Below are positions 1-9,782 of a stretch of 25,171 nt of DNA, in pieces. Source of the stretch: Thecamonas trahens ATCC 50062 (lineage: Eukaryota; Protista; Apusomonadida); NCBI RefSeq assembly GCF_000142905.1, contig NW_013657608.1:86368-111538 (forward strand). Reading direction: 5' to 3'. A program made the position numbers and the translations under genes. The notes below the pieces were generated by a model that had not been told where the DNA came from, did not search any database, and saw only the letters and a program-made list of their open reading frames with translations. Every line of letters begins with the position of its first letter. The stretch's first letter is position 1.

Positions 1-2
1 CG

Positions 3-2099
3 TCGGCTGGCGACGACGAGGCCGACGCCGGCGTCGCTGCTGGCGACGCGCCGGCGGCGGCCGACCTTGCACCCATGGACAAGGTCCACTACATCCTCAC
101 TGGCGAGCCGTCGATCGAGATCTACCTCCAGTTCCTGTACAACGCGTCGAACACGGATCCGCTCATTCTCGAGAAGCTTAAGGAGCAGGTTGCCAACGGC
201 AAGTCGGTCCTGCACTCGGGTGTGGTCTTTGCCAACTCGCTCATGTGCGCTGGCACCACCTCGGATGCCTTCCTCCACGACAACATGGAGTGGCTCTCCA
301 AGGCCACCCATTGGGCTCGGTTCAACGCCACGGCCTCTCTCGGCGTCATCCACAAGGGCCACCTCTCCGAGGGCCTCTCGCTCCTGGCGCCGTACCTGCC
401 GGCGGCCGGCCAGGCCGCTGGCTCGCCGTACTCGGAGGGCGGCGCGCTGTACGGGCTCGGCATCATCAACGCCAACCATGGCGCCGGTGTCTCCAAGTAC
501 CTGCTCAACGCGCTCCGCGCCGCCGGCGGCGACGAGGTTGTCCTCCACGGAGCGGCTCTCGGGCTCGGCGTGGCGTCGATGGCCACCCACGACAACGAGG
601 CGTACACCGCGCTCTTTGACCTGCTCAACCACGACCAGGCCGTCGCCGGTGAGGCTGCCGGCGTGGGCATGGGCCTGGTCATGCTCGGCTCGGCCGATGC
701 CGACGTGCTCGGCCGCATGCTCGCGTACGCGCGCCAGACTCAGCACGAGAAGATCATCCGCGGTGTGGCCATGGGCATTGCGCTGCTCAACTACGGCCGC
801 GAGGAGCGGGCCGACGTGCTCATCGACGAGCTCATGCGCGACAAAGACGCCCTCCTCCGCTACGGCGGCATGTACACCATCGCCATGGCGTACTGCGGGA
901 CGTCAAACAACCGGGCGGTCCGCAAGCTCCTCCGCATCGCGGTCTCGGACGTCTCGGACGACGTCCGCCGTGCCGCTGTCACCGCCCTCGGCTTTGTGCT
1001 CTTCCGCGAGCCGACCCAGATTCCCAAGGTCGTCTCGCTCCTCTCGGCCTCGTACAACCCGCACGTCCGCCACGGCGCTGCTATGGCGCTCGGCATCGGC
1101 TGCGCCGGCACCGCGCTCCCGGCCGCCGTCGAGCTCCTCGAGCCGCTCCTCGACGACACCACCGACTTTGTCCGCCAGGGCGCCCTCATTGCCCTCGCCA
1201 TGGTCCTTGTCCAGTCGAACGAGAAGGCCGTGCCCAAGGTTACCGCCATTCGCGAGAAGTTCCTCACCATCATCGGTGACAAGCACGAGGACGTCATGGC
1301 CAAGTTTGGCGCTCTCCTCGCCGCCGGCATCATCGACGCCGGCGGCCGCAATGTCACCATCTCGTGCCTCTCGCGCGACGGCCACAACTCGATGTCGGCT
1401 ATTGTCGGCCTCGCCCTCTTTACCCAGTTCTGGTACTGGTACCCCTACATCCACATGATCTCACTCGCCTTCCTCCCCACCGCTGTCATCGGCCTCGACG
1501 CCAACCTCCAGCTCCCGGTCTTCTCCTTCAAGTCCAACGCCCCGCCCTCGGCCTTCGCCTACCCGCCGCGGACCAAGGTGCCCGAGGCCAAGGAGGCCAC
1601 ACGCGTCGACACCTACGTGCTCTCGGTCACTTCCAAGGCCAAGGCCCGTGGCAAGGACACTAACAACGCGCCCGAGCCTGGCGCCGACGCTGGCGCCGCC
1701 GCCGATGCTGACGCCCCGGCGCCTATGGATACCACCTCGGACGACAGCGAGGCAAAGCCCGCTCCCGCCGGCGGCGACAACGACGACGCCGCCGCCACAA
1801 GCTCGGACCCGTCCACAGACCCCGCGCCCAAGCCCGAACCGGCCTTTGAGCTCCTGGAGAACCCGGCGCGCGTCACCCTCCCTCAGGCGGCCGTCATCGA
1901 CCTCTCGGCCGACGCCCGCTACACCCCGGTCAAGGCCTCGTCCGCCCACGCCGGCATCTCCGGCATCATCCTTCTCGAAGACTCGACGCCCGACCTCGCT
2001 GCCGAGTACGTCCAGCCCAAGGCTGCCGACGCCGGCGATGACGCCGACGACGGCGACGAGCCGCCTATGCCCGAGCCGTTTGAGTGGATTGATGAGTGA
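3..2099 (+). CDS. RPN2: 26S proteasome regulatory subunit Rpn2/PSMD1, C-terminal part (5' end lies upstream of the window)
   Basis: The frame is open from base 3 to TGA at 2097-2099. It has the Rpn2 motifs 'FLHDNMEWLSKATHWARFNATASLGVIHKGH', PC repeats ('GEAAGVGMGLVMLG', 'DVSDDVRRAAV', 'SYNPHVRHGAAMALGI'), 'GIIDAGGRNVTI', 'FTQFWYWYP' and the C-terminal Rpn13-binding tail 'EPPMPEPFEWIDE'. Confidence 0.97.
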   Translation, partial: SAGDDEADAGVAAGDAPAAADLAPMDKVHYILTGEPSIEIYLQFLYNASNTDPLILEKLKEQVANGKSVLHSGVVFANSLMCAGTTSDAFLHDNMEWLSKATHWARFNATASLGVIHKGHLSEGLSLLAPYLPAAGQAAGSPYSEGGALYGLGIINANHGAGVSKYLLNALRAAGGDEVVLHGAALGLGVASMATHDNEAYTALFDLLNHDQAVAGEAAGVGMGLVMLGSADADVLGRMLAYARQTQHEKIIRGVAMGIALLNYGREERADVLIDELMRDKDALLRYGGMYTIAMAYCGTSNNRAVRKLLRIAVSDVSDDVRRAAVTALGFVLFREPTQIPKVVSLLSASYNPHVRHGAAMALGIGCAGTALPAAVELLEPLLDDTTDFVRQGALIALAMVLVQSNEKAVPKVTAIREKFLTIIGDKHEDVMAKFGALLAAGIIDAGGRNVTISCLSRDGHNSMSAIVGLALFTQFWYWYPYIHMISLAFLPTAVIGLDANLQLPVFSFKSNAPPSAFAYPPRTKVPEAKEATRVDTYVLSVTSKAKARGKDTNNAPEPGADAGAAADADAPAPMDTTSDDSEAKPAPAGGDNDDAAATSSDPSTDPAPKPEPAFELLENPARVTLPQAAVIDLSADARYTPVKASSAHAGISGIILLEDSTPDLAAEYVQPKAADAGDDADDGDEPPMPEPFEWIDE

Positions 2100-2109
2100 G
2101 TCATTGAAG

Positions 2110-2136
2110 CCCCCCCCCCCCCCCCCCCCCCCCCCC
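2110..2136 (+). repeat. poly-C tract (C27) just downstream of the RPN2 stop
   Basis: A directly visible homopolymer between the convergent RPN2 and dehydrogenase 3' ends. Confidence 0.9.
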
Positions 2137-2201
2137 ACCCCGCCTACCGCACCTCGGCTTGCGCCTCGCCTCCTCCTTTACTCTCGTTGCACCTCTGCTA
2201 G

Positions 2202-3209
2202 TTAGTTGACCCTGTTCTCGCCGACACCGCCGCGGTTGAGGATGGCGTCAAGGTTGTCGAGCGTGATTTCCCACCGCCGCGCGAGAGCGCCGGCAGTCTT
2301 GTACGCCACGTGGTGCGAGAGGACAAGGAACGGCGCGAGGTCCGACGCCGCGTTGAAGAACGGCGAGTCGGCCGGCAGCGGCTCGTCCTCAAACACATCT
2401 GTGGCGTAGACAAACGAGGTGCCCGACGACGCTCTCCGCGCCCGCATCTCGGCGAGAACTGCAGCAGTGTCGACCACGCCGCCGCGGGCAGTGTTGACAA
2501 GCACCGCGCCCGGGCGAAGGGCGGCAACCACATCAGTGCCAATCAGGTGCCGCGTGGCATCGTTGAGCGGGACGTGGAGCGAGACAATGTCGCAGGTAGC
2601 GACCAGCTCTGCGAGATCGTGGACGTACTCGCCGCCAACACCGTCTGTAAAGGCAGCCGACTCGGAGCGCGACCAGCCCTTGACCTTGCAGCCAAAGGCG
2701 GCGTAGAGCCGGGCGGCGGCGCAACCGATGGCGCCAGTCCCAACAATGCCGACGGTGCATGATCCGAGCTCGCGCCCTGGCGCCAGCGCCGTCCACTCTG
2801 TGGCATGGGCAAAGATCGCGAGCCCACGCAGGGCCGAGAGAGTGAGGCCGACCGCCAGCTCGGCCACCGCCGGCGTCGAGTAGCCCGCAGCGTTGAAGAC
2901 GGGCACTCCAAGCGAGGTGTCGTGAGCGTCATAGCCGGTAAAGGCCACGGCCACGCCGAGCAGATCAGGATGTGCCGCAGCGATCTCTGCAGTGAACGGG
3001 TGGGTGACCGTAACCAGTGCATGGACAGGCGCATCGTTCTGCTCCTCATCGCCGTCACCAGCGGTGGCGGCAGCGGCAGCGGCGTCGTCGTCGTTTGCCC
3101 AGGCGAAGCGGCAGCTGACCGAGGGGAAGCGGGCGGCGAGGTCGGCGGCAATGGTAGCCTGCGGAATGCCGATGTCCTGCTGAAAGACAATGGTGGAGGT
3201 TGTGCTCAT
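2202..3209 (-). CDS. D-isomer-specific 2-hydroxyacid dehydrogenase (glycerate/hydroxypyruvate reductase-like), ~335 aa
   Basis: ATG at 3209 (MSTTSTIVF). It has the Rossmann motif GIVGTGAIG, 'LHVPLNDATRHLI', catalytic Arg in 'NTARGGVVD', Glu in 'DVFEDEP' and His in 'SHHVA'. An additional upstream exon in or beyond the N-gap cannot be excluded. Confidence 0.92.
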   Translation of the reverse strand: MSTTSTIVFQQDIGIPQATIAADLAARFPSVSCRFAWANDDDAAAAAATAGDGDEEQNDAPVHALVTVTHPFTAEIAAAHPDLLGVAVAFTGYDAHDTSLGVPVFNAAGYSTPAVAELAVGLTLSALRGLAIFAHATEWTALAPGRELGSCTVGIVGTGAIGCAAARLYAAFGCKVKGWSRSESAAFTDGVGGEYVHDLAELVATCDIVSLHVPLNDATRHLIGTDVVAALRPGAVLVNTARGGVVDTAAVLAEMRARRASSGTSFVYATDVFEDEPLPADSPFFNAASDLAPFLVLSHHVAYKTAGALARRWEITLDNLDAILNRGGVGENRVN

Positions 3210-3218
3210 GATACAAAC

Positions 3219-3517
3219 NNNNNNNNNNNNNNNNNNNNNNNNNNNNNNNNNNNNNNNNNNNNNNNNNNNNNNNNNNNNNNNNNNNNNNNNNNNNNNNNNN
3301 NNNNNNNNNNNNNNNNNNNNNNNNNNNNNNNNNNNNNNNNNNNNNNNNNNNNNNNNNNNNNNNNNNNNNNNNNNNNNNNNNNNNNNNNNNNNNNNNNNNN
3401 NNNNNNNNNNNNNNNNNNNNNNNNNNNNNNNNNNNNNNNNNNNNNNNNNNNNNNNNNNNNNNNNNNNNNNNNNNNNNNNNNNNNNNNNNNNNNNNNNNNN
3501 NNNNNNNNNNNNNNNNN
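3219..3517. other. assembly gap (299 N)
   Basis: Run of N. Confidence 0.99.
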
Positions 3518-3764
3518 TGCCCGTGGTGGTGGCGGTGGCAGTCGCACAGGTGACTGGGGGTGTCGGTGACGGGGCGATGACGGGCGGCGGGCAGGCGGGC
3601 GGACAGGCGGGCGGGCGGGAGGGCGGGCAGTCACGACACGCACAAGACACAGCGAGGGTTGTACCACACAAGACACAACGAGGGTGTTAACTTCTTGGTG
3701 ATGGATCACCATTTTTTTCTCATTTCTACAAGGGCTTGATAGTGTGCCCATTCCTGGCTTCAGT

Positions 3765-6700
3765 CTACCGCCTGAGGCTTGCGGCCTCCGGCTCCGACCG
3801 CCTAGGTGAGAGTGGCTCACCGGCAGTCGACACAAAGTTGGCGATGGTCATGTCGAGCTCGGCGACCTCACCCGGCGCGCGTGCCTTGGCACCGACGGCC
3901 ATATGACGGATGCGGGCCATGCAATAGCGACCAGATGGCTTCTTGTGGTACCAGTAGCGGTACCATTGGCCGGGCGGGAGCGAGAGGACCGCGTTGGGGG
4001 TGATGTCGAGGTATTCGATGAGCCCATCCTTGCGGTTGTCGTCGTCGTCATCGTCGTCCCATTCCGAAGATGGCATAGGATGCGCCCTGTCGATGTCGGC
4101 CGCAATGGCTGGGAGCCGCGACGCCGTGTTGAAGAACGAGGTCGACTGCGCAAGCGACGGCGAGTCCAGCGGCTGGACCATGAACGATCGCCGCCGCGGC
4201 CGCGGCCGCCCGATGATGGACGACCGCCGCGGCGTTCCAGCTGGAGAAGTGCCGCGCGGCGTATTGCTGCGTGTTGGCGACGCCGACGGGCCGATCTGCC
4301 GCCGCACTAGCGATGCTGACGACCGCTTACGCGTGCTTGGCGAATTGACTCCAGGTGAAATGGCGGCAGCCCGTGGCGAACCGTGGGTGGCCGATGCCTC
4401 ACCGGGCGACGGGAACGGCACGCAAGTAGAGATCGACTGAAGCGGCGAGTGCAGGTCCGACGCCGATCGGTTGCGCCGGTCCGCGTCTGACTGTGGCGGT
4501 GAGGTCGACCGAGTCGACTCGGCCGTGTCGGCAAAGCCCTGATCCGACGGCCCACCACCGCCACTGCCACCAGCAGAGACCTGCACCGCAAAGTGCGACG
4601 ACGAGTACAGGTGCGAGCCAAAGATGTTGTACGATGACACGTTGCCAACCAGCCACGAGCCGAGCTCCCACAGGCCGTCGTCGTCTTCGTCATCCCCGCC
4701 CGAGACAGTAAACGAGCGCCCGCGCGACCGCGACCGCGACCGCGAATCTGACGTCCGGTCGTGCCCGCCTGTCGTCGATGATGCTGACTTTGCCGCCGCG
4801 GGCTTGGCTGGTTCACCATTGTCGGGCTCGGCCGTGATCCGCACCGTCGGCTCCTCGCCGGTCGACGCCGCCTTGATCCGGGCCAGCTTGATCGTGGTGT
4901 AGTTGTTGCGGAGGAGTGGCGGAAGCTCGTCCGAGACTGCCGTGCCCAGAAACGACGGCTGGCGGTACTTGACCAAAAGTATGCCGCGCGCTCGGGAGTG
5001 AGCGCATCGGAGAGGAGGTTCGCCTGCAGCGACGTCGACTGAAAGCCGAGCTCCAAGAGCCGGAGCAGGAACGGGTCGGACGCCATAAACGACTCGTCGG
5101 CCGCCGCGAGGAGCGGCGCGCACGGGCAGAGGAACCCGAGCTGCGAGTAGTAGCACTGCAGCGGGCAGATGCTCGAGAGGTTCGCCGTCGACAAAATCGG
5201 CGGCGCTCGGGTCACCGTCGAGTCAGTCGGCGAGCCCGGTGTGTCGTACGTCCACACCTTGCGGTGGACCGCCGACGCCGCCGGTGGTACAGGCTTGGAC
5301 ACCTTGCGCATAAAGTCCGAGTTGAATGCAGACTTGACCGTCGCGCGCTTGGTTGGCGACATGTCGAGCAAGCTGGAGATGAGCTTGCGCGCCTTGGACT
5401 TGATTCGCCGCGGGTACGAGAACTTGCCTGCCCGCACCAAGTCATACAGTGTCGAAAGGTCGGAATGGTGGAACGGAAGCTCGCGCGAGAGCATCCGGAA
5501 CAGCGTCACTCCCGCAGACCACATGTCCGCCGCCCGAGGATCATACGGCTCGGACCGCATCAGCTCTGGCGCCGCAAAGCACGGCGTCCCGCAAAAGGTC
5601 GTCAGCGCGAGCGCAGGGTCGAAGATTGTGGCAAAGCCAAAGTCCGCAAGCTTGACATGGCCGTCTGCAGAGAGCAAGATGTTGTCCGGCTTGATGTCGC
5701 GGTGCGCGAGGCAGTGCGAGTGGAGGTAGATCATGGCGGAGAGGAGCTCGCCAAAGAGCTGGGCGGCACGGAGCGGCTTGAGGCCCGACTGAGTGGCGTC
5801 GATGGCGTCCTTGAGCGATCCGCCACCGCAGTGCTCCATCACAATGTAGATGTTTCGCGCCGTGTAGAGCACTTCGTACAGCTCCACAATGTTCGGGTGC
5901 TGAACCAGCTGCAGCACAGCAATCTCGCGCGCAAGCATCCGCGCCTCCGACTCGGACTCGATGTTTGCCTTGCGAATCTTCTTGATCGCCACCACCTTGT
6001 CCGTGGCAATGTGCTTGGCCAGGAAGACCTTGCCCGTAGTCCCGCGCCCCAGCAGCGGACCACCGGCCGCCTCTGACATTAGACGGTACGTGTCGAGCAC
6101 GTCCGACTCGAGATGCGTCTCCACAGAGTCAACATGGAGCGAGAAAAACGCCCCGTTTCGCGCCGCCACAGTCCGATGGAATGCAATCTCCACCTTATCC
6201 AGGTTCTTGCGCGCAAACGAGATGCCTTGCAAGTGCTGCGAAATGATTTCATCACGCATGTTCTCCGGCATCGAGTCGAGGCCGACCACCGCGAGCTCGG
6301 AGAGCAGGCCGCGGTCAAAGAGAAACTCGTCGAGTGCGTTGATGTCGTCGCCGTGTGCCCCGAGCTGTAGATTGCGCCGCTTGGCCTCTCCATCGGGCCA
6401 GTGTCCCGTTCGGCCTTCCGCCCGCCGCGAGCTTCGCCTGCCGTCTCGTCCGGCTGCGCCATGTGCCCACTTGCGGCTGCACCCGAGCTTGACATGGCCG
6501 CTCGCGCGGACTTGGCACCCTTGGGCTTACTCTTGCGTGCCGAGTCGGGCGTGCTAGGCTGTACTGCCGCCGAGTGCGCCCGCCGTAGCCGGTCGCTGTC
6601 GGCCGACACGGTAGCCGACGCCGACGCCGACGCCGACGAGAGCAAGTCGCCCGACTCGTCAGACGAGTCAAAGTCCGACTCCGAGTCCGACGCTGACGAA

Positions 6701-8412
6701 AGCGACGAAAGCGATGAGAGCGAAAAGTTGGACGCGAGCCCCGCCGGGTCGTGCACTCCGGCCTCGGTGAGCATGGTCGCCAGCACCGCCCGTGCCTTGG
6801 TCTCAGCCTTGGCCCGTGCCTTGGCCTTGGCCTTGGCTTTCGCGGTAGCCTTGGCCTTGGCCGACACACGCACTAGCTCGTTGACAAAGGCCTTGGTCTG
6901 CTCTTTGGTGTGAGCCTTGGCCCGTGCCTTGACGTCGGCCTTGATTTCTGACCGCAGCTGCGCGCGCAGGTGCGCTGTCCACGGCGTATCCGACCCGCCT
7001 GAACTGTTTCGCGAGCTCGCGCCCTTGTTTGCCTTGAGCTTCGCCTTGGCCTTCACCCGTGCCTTCGCGAGGGTGACTTTGGCCCGCGCCCGAGCTCGCG
7101 CCGACACCAGTGCCAGTGACGACTCAGAGACCCGCCGCGATTTTTGCGAGCCTGACGACGGTTGCTCGTCGCTGTTGATTGCCGCCACCCGTGAGTGCGA
7201 CTTTGACTTGGCCTTGGCCTTGGCCTTGGCCTTGCCCTTGGCCTTGCCATACTTGCCCTTGGCCTTGCTCGAGTCCTTGGCCTTGGCCTTGCCGCGCGGC
7301 GAGGACGACGAGTCCACCAGCGGAATGAGGCCACGGGCACCGCCTGAAGTTCCGAGCGAGATGTCTCCCGCGGTGAGGCCTTCGGGTGGGTCTTCGCGAT
7401 TCGGGCGTGGCAATCGTCTGCGGTTCTTGGGCGGGCACGGCGAGAGCGAGTTCGATTCAGAGGTCGAGTGGGAGAGGACAGGCGTGGTCGGCGTGACCGG
7501 CGAGGTAGACTCGGGTGTCTCGGCGCCCGACGAGTTGTACAGACCGGCAAACGAGCCTGCAAGCGGTGATGGCGACCGCGGCTGCGTCGAGTACAGGCTC
7601 GACTCGACAGACTCGACCGACGCAACCTTGGAGCTCGAGCATGACCGGTCGCGCCGTGACCGGAGTGGCACATACGCCGGCGAGAGCGATCGAGGCGTCG
7701 ATGGCTTGAGCCGGTCGGCCTGAATCGCAGACTTGGGCATCGACTTGGTCCGATGCAGGCGCTGCACGTCGTCGTTCGATGCGTCACTCGCCGAGAGCCG
7801 GTCGCTCGCCTTTGGTCCCGTCGGCATGGTTCGCGACATTTCGGGGTTTGTCACATTGTTTGGGTCGAGCATGTGGATCATGGCATCCGATGACGACGAC
7901 GTCGTGTACGAGATCCCGGACGACGAGTGCGGAAGCAGGTGCGAGGTCGGCGACGCCGGCGCCGCGTCATTTGGCGGCCCGTCGACTGGCGCGCGGTCTT
8001 CCGCGACCGTCGGTGACGCGGCGGCGGCCTTGGCTGTTGCCACCCGCCTGTCCGACGACGAGTTGTGTGCGCCTGACGACCGCCGCTTCCGCGATACTGC
8101 CGGGGGGTCCGACTGCTTGACTTGCGAGTTACGACGAAGCGGCGGGACAGACGGCGAGACGGAGCCTTCGCTCAACGCTGCTTCGTTCGGTGAGGATGCG
8201 GCAGCAAGCGGACTAAAGTCGCCGCTCGCACGAGAGCTCCTCCGTCTTGCCCTTGACGTCTTGAGCTTGCTTTTGATGCCAATGTCGTCACGGGAAGTGG
8301 CTTGGCTTCTGCCTGACGGCGACGACGAAGTTCTTGCCGACGACTTTGCCGCGACCGTGTGACGACGGGAAGCACGGGCGACGGGAACGGGAACCTGTTT
8401 CCGTTGCGACAT
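3765..8412 (-). CDS. Large CAMK-group (AMPK/SNF1/MARK/BRSK-like) Ser/Thr kinase, ~1,550 aa if joined; reading frame broken twice (~6358-6361 and ~4975-4978)
   Basis: Three overlapping minus-strand ORFs form one logical protein. The first is a Ser/Lys/Ala-rich disordered N-terminus from ATG 8412. The second holds the kinase domain and a UBA-like segment. The third is a Ser/Pro/Arg-rich tail ending at 3765. Each ORF reads as off-frame sequence outside its own segment. Confidence 0.7.
4975..6361 (-). CDS. Middle segment of the kinase gene: catalytic domain (~5310-6060) plus UBA-like segment
   Basis: It contains LGRGTTGKV, VAIKKI, the alphaC Glu 'REIAVL', HPNIVELYEV, HRDIKPDNILL, DFGFA, TFCGTPCFAAPE and DMWSAGV. 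These are followed by 'DPFLLRLLELGFQSTSLQANLLSDALTPERAAYF', which resembles the UBA domain of AMPK-related kinases. Confidence 0.93.
7207..7291 (-). repeat. Imperfect (AAGGCC)n coding repeat giving a Lys-Ala (KAKAKA) tract; a second tract lies at ~6790-6930
   Basis: The + strand shows repeated ttggcc, translating to 'KAKAKDSSKAKGKYGKAKGKAKAKAKAK'. Confidence 0.8.
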
Positions 8413-8567
8413 GACAAACGTGTTCACAGCCGGATGTGCCACGCGCCACTATATGTTCTTGTCTTCTTGCTATGCCTGCACCTACACACACGGGCTCGTG
8501 CCGTGCCCCACAAAAGCGGGAAGGTAGTGGTGGTGGGCAATAGCGGAAGAACACGACCTGCCGAAAC

Positions 8568-8596
8568 GACCGACCGACCGACCGAACGAACGAACG
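8568..8596. repeat. Compound tetranucleotide microsatellite (ACCG)4(AACG)3 in the kinase/eIF3j divergent intergenic region
   Basis: accgaccgaccgaccgaacgaacgaacg is directly visible. Confidence 0.75.
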
Positions 8597-8713
8597 GCTC
8601 AGTCAACACCACAAAGTCCAACGATTAATTGAAGGAATAATGACAATGCTAATTGAGCAATGTCGGCAGGCGAATGATGGTGGCTCTCCCGCTGCGGAAG
8701 AGGAGGATAAGCT

Positions 8714-8813
8714 NNNNNNNNNNNNNNNNNNNNNNNNNNNNNNNNNNNNNNNNNNNNNNNNNNNNNNNNNNNNNNNNNNNNNNNNNNNNNNNNNNNNNNN
8801 NNNNNNNNNNNNN
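8714..8813. other. assembly gap (100 N)
   Basis: Run of N. Confidence 0.99.
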
Positions 8814-8828
8814 TCTCCCTCCCTGCAG

Positions 8829-9751
8829 TGTCTTCGTCCAACTCGGGCGACAACAACGAGGTCAAGGAGGCGACAAAGACGGGGGATATGCCACCGCAGG
8901 CGCAGGTCGGTGCAGGTACCGGTGGCGCGGCTTGGGGCGAGTCTTCAGGCTCGGGCTCGGACACCAAGGACGCGTGGGACGACTCGTCGAGCGACGGTGA
9001 GGGCGAGGGCAAGAGCGGCGCTGACAAGAGCAAGACGAGCTCGGCGCCGGCGTACGGTCGAGTCGGCGGGAAGAAGAAGGGCAAGAACGCGCTGGGGAAG
9101 AAGGGCAAGAAGGGCAAGGGCAAGGGCGACAAGAAGAAGAAGGAGTACGGCACTGTCGATCTGCCCGACTACGACCCGCACGCGGTCGGCAACGAGGGCA
9201 TGGGCATCGGGGCAGAGGGCGACGACGAAGACGGATTTGGCTTCGCCAAGCGCGCAGATGCCATCGCCGCCGAAAAGGCCCGCCGCCGCCAGCTCGAGGA
9301 GGAGTCCGACTTTGCCCACACCCTCGACACTTTTGCTGGCGTCGTCGCCGCCGGCCCCGTCGAGACGGTGTACAAGGAGGTCGAGACCGGCGTCGGGCCC
9401 GACTCCATTGACGCCATGAAGCCGTCGTCTGTCACCGACTTTAACGACTTTGCCGCTCGTGTCGCCGACAAGCTCACAGAGTTTAGCTCGTCCACCCACT
9501 ACCTCGTCTGCATGGAGAAGCTCATCCGCTCCGCCACCGGCGACATGAAGGTTGCAGACATCCGCTCGCTCTCGCGCACCCTCAACGCCATCGCCAACGA
9601 GAAGCAGAAGGAGGACAAGAAGTCTGCCAAGAAGGCCAAGAAGAAGAAGGGCGGCGTCGCCCTCAAGATGCGCGCCAACAAGACCACCTCGGACTTTATG
9701 GACGACCCCTACATGGGCGACGACGGCGGCGACGACGACTTTTTCATGTAA
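8829..9751 (+). CDS. EIF3J: Eukaryotic translation initiation factor 3 subunit J (Hcr1), main exon; first exon upstream or in the gap
   Basis: It has the acidic Trp motif 'KDAWDD', 'AEKARRRQLEEESD', the helical domain 'SIDAMKPSSVTDFNDFA...KLTEFSSSTHY...IRSLSRTLNAIANEKQKEDK' and the C-terminal 'DDDFFM'. It is preceded by a pyrimidine tract plus CAG acceptor (tctccctccctgcag, ending 8828). Confidence 0.9.
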
Positions 9752-9782
9752 GCAATGAAATCCTGCCACGTAGCGCAAGCCC

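Noticed and set aside
67-1458. 463-aa alternative-frame ORF over RPN2, and similar Arg/Ser/Pro-rich overlapping ORFs throughout
   Set aside because: These are shadow ORFs expected from high GC3 codon bias, and they have no recognisable motifs.
3210-3671. N-terminal extension of the dehydrogenase ORF across the gap
   Set aside because: It is an artefact of translating through Ns. The sequence beyond the gap is low-complexity and looks non-coding.
3765-8412. Calling the kinase a pseudogene or a proven programmed frameshift
   Set aside because: The catalytic motifs are intact, there are no in-frame stops within segments, and the breaks fall in short homopolymers of a gapped draft without canonical slippery heptamers. 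Sequencing error is more parsimonious.
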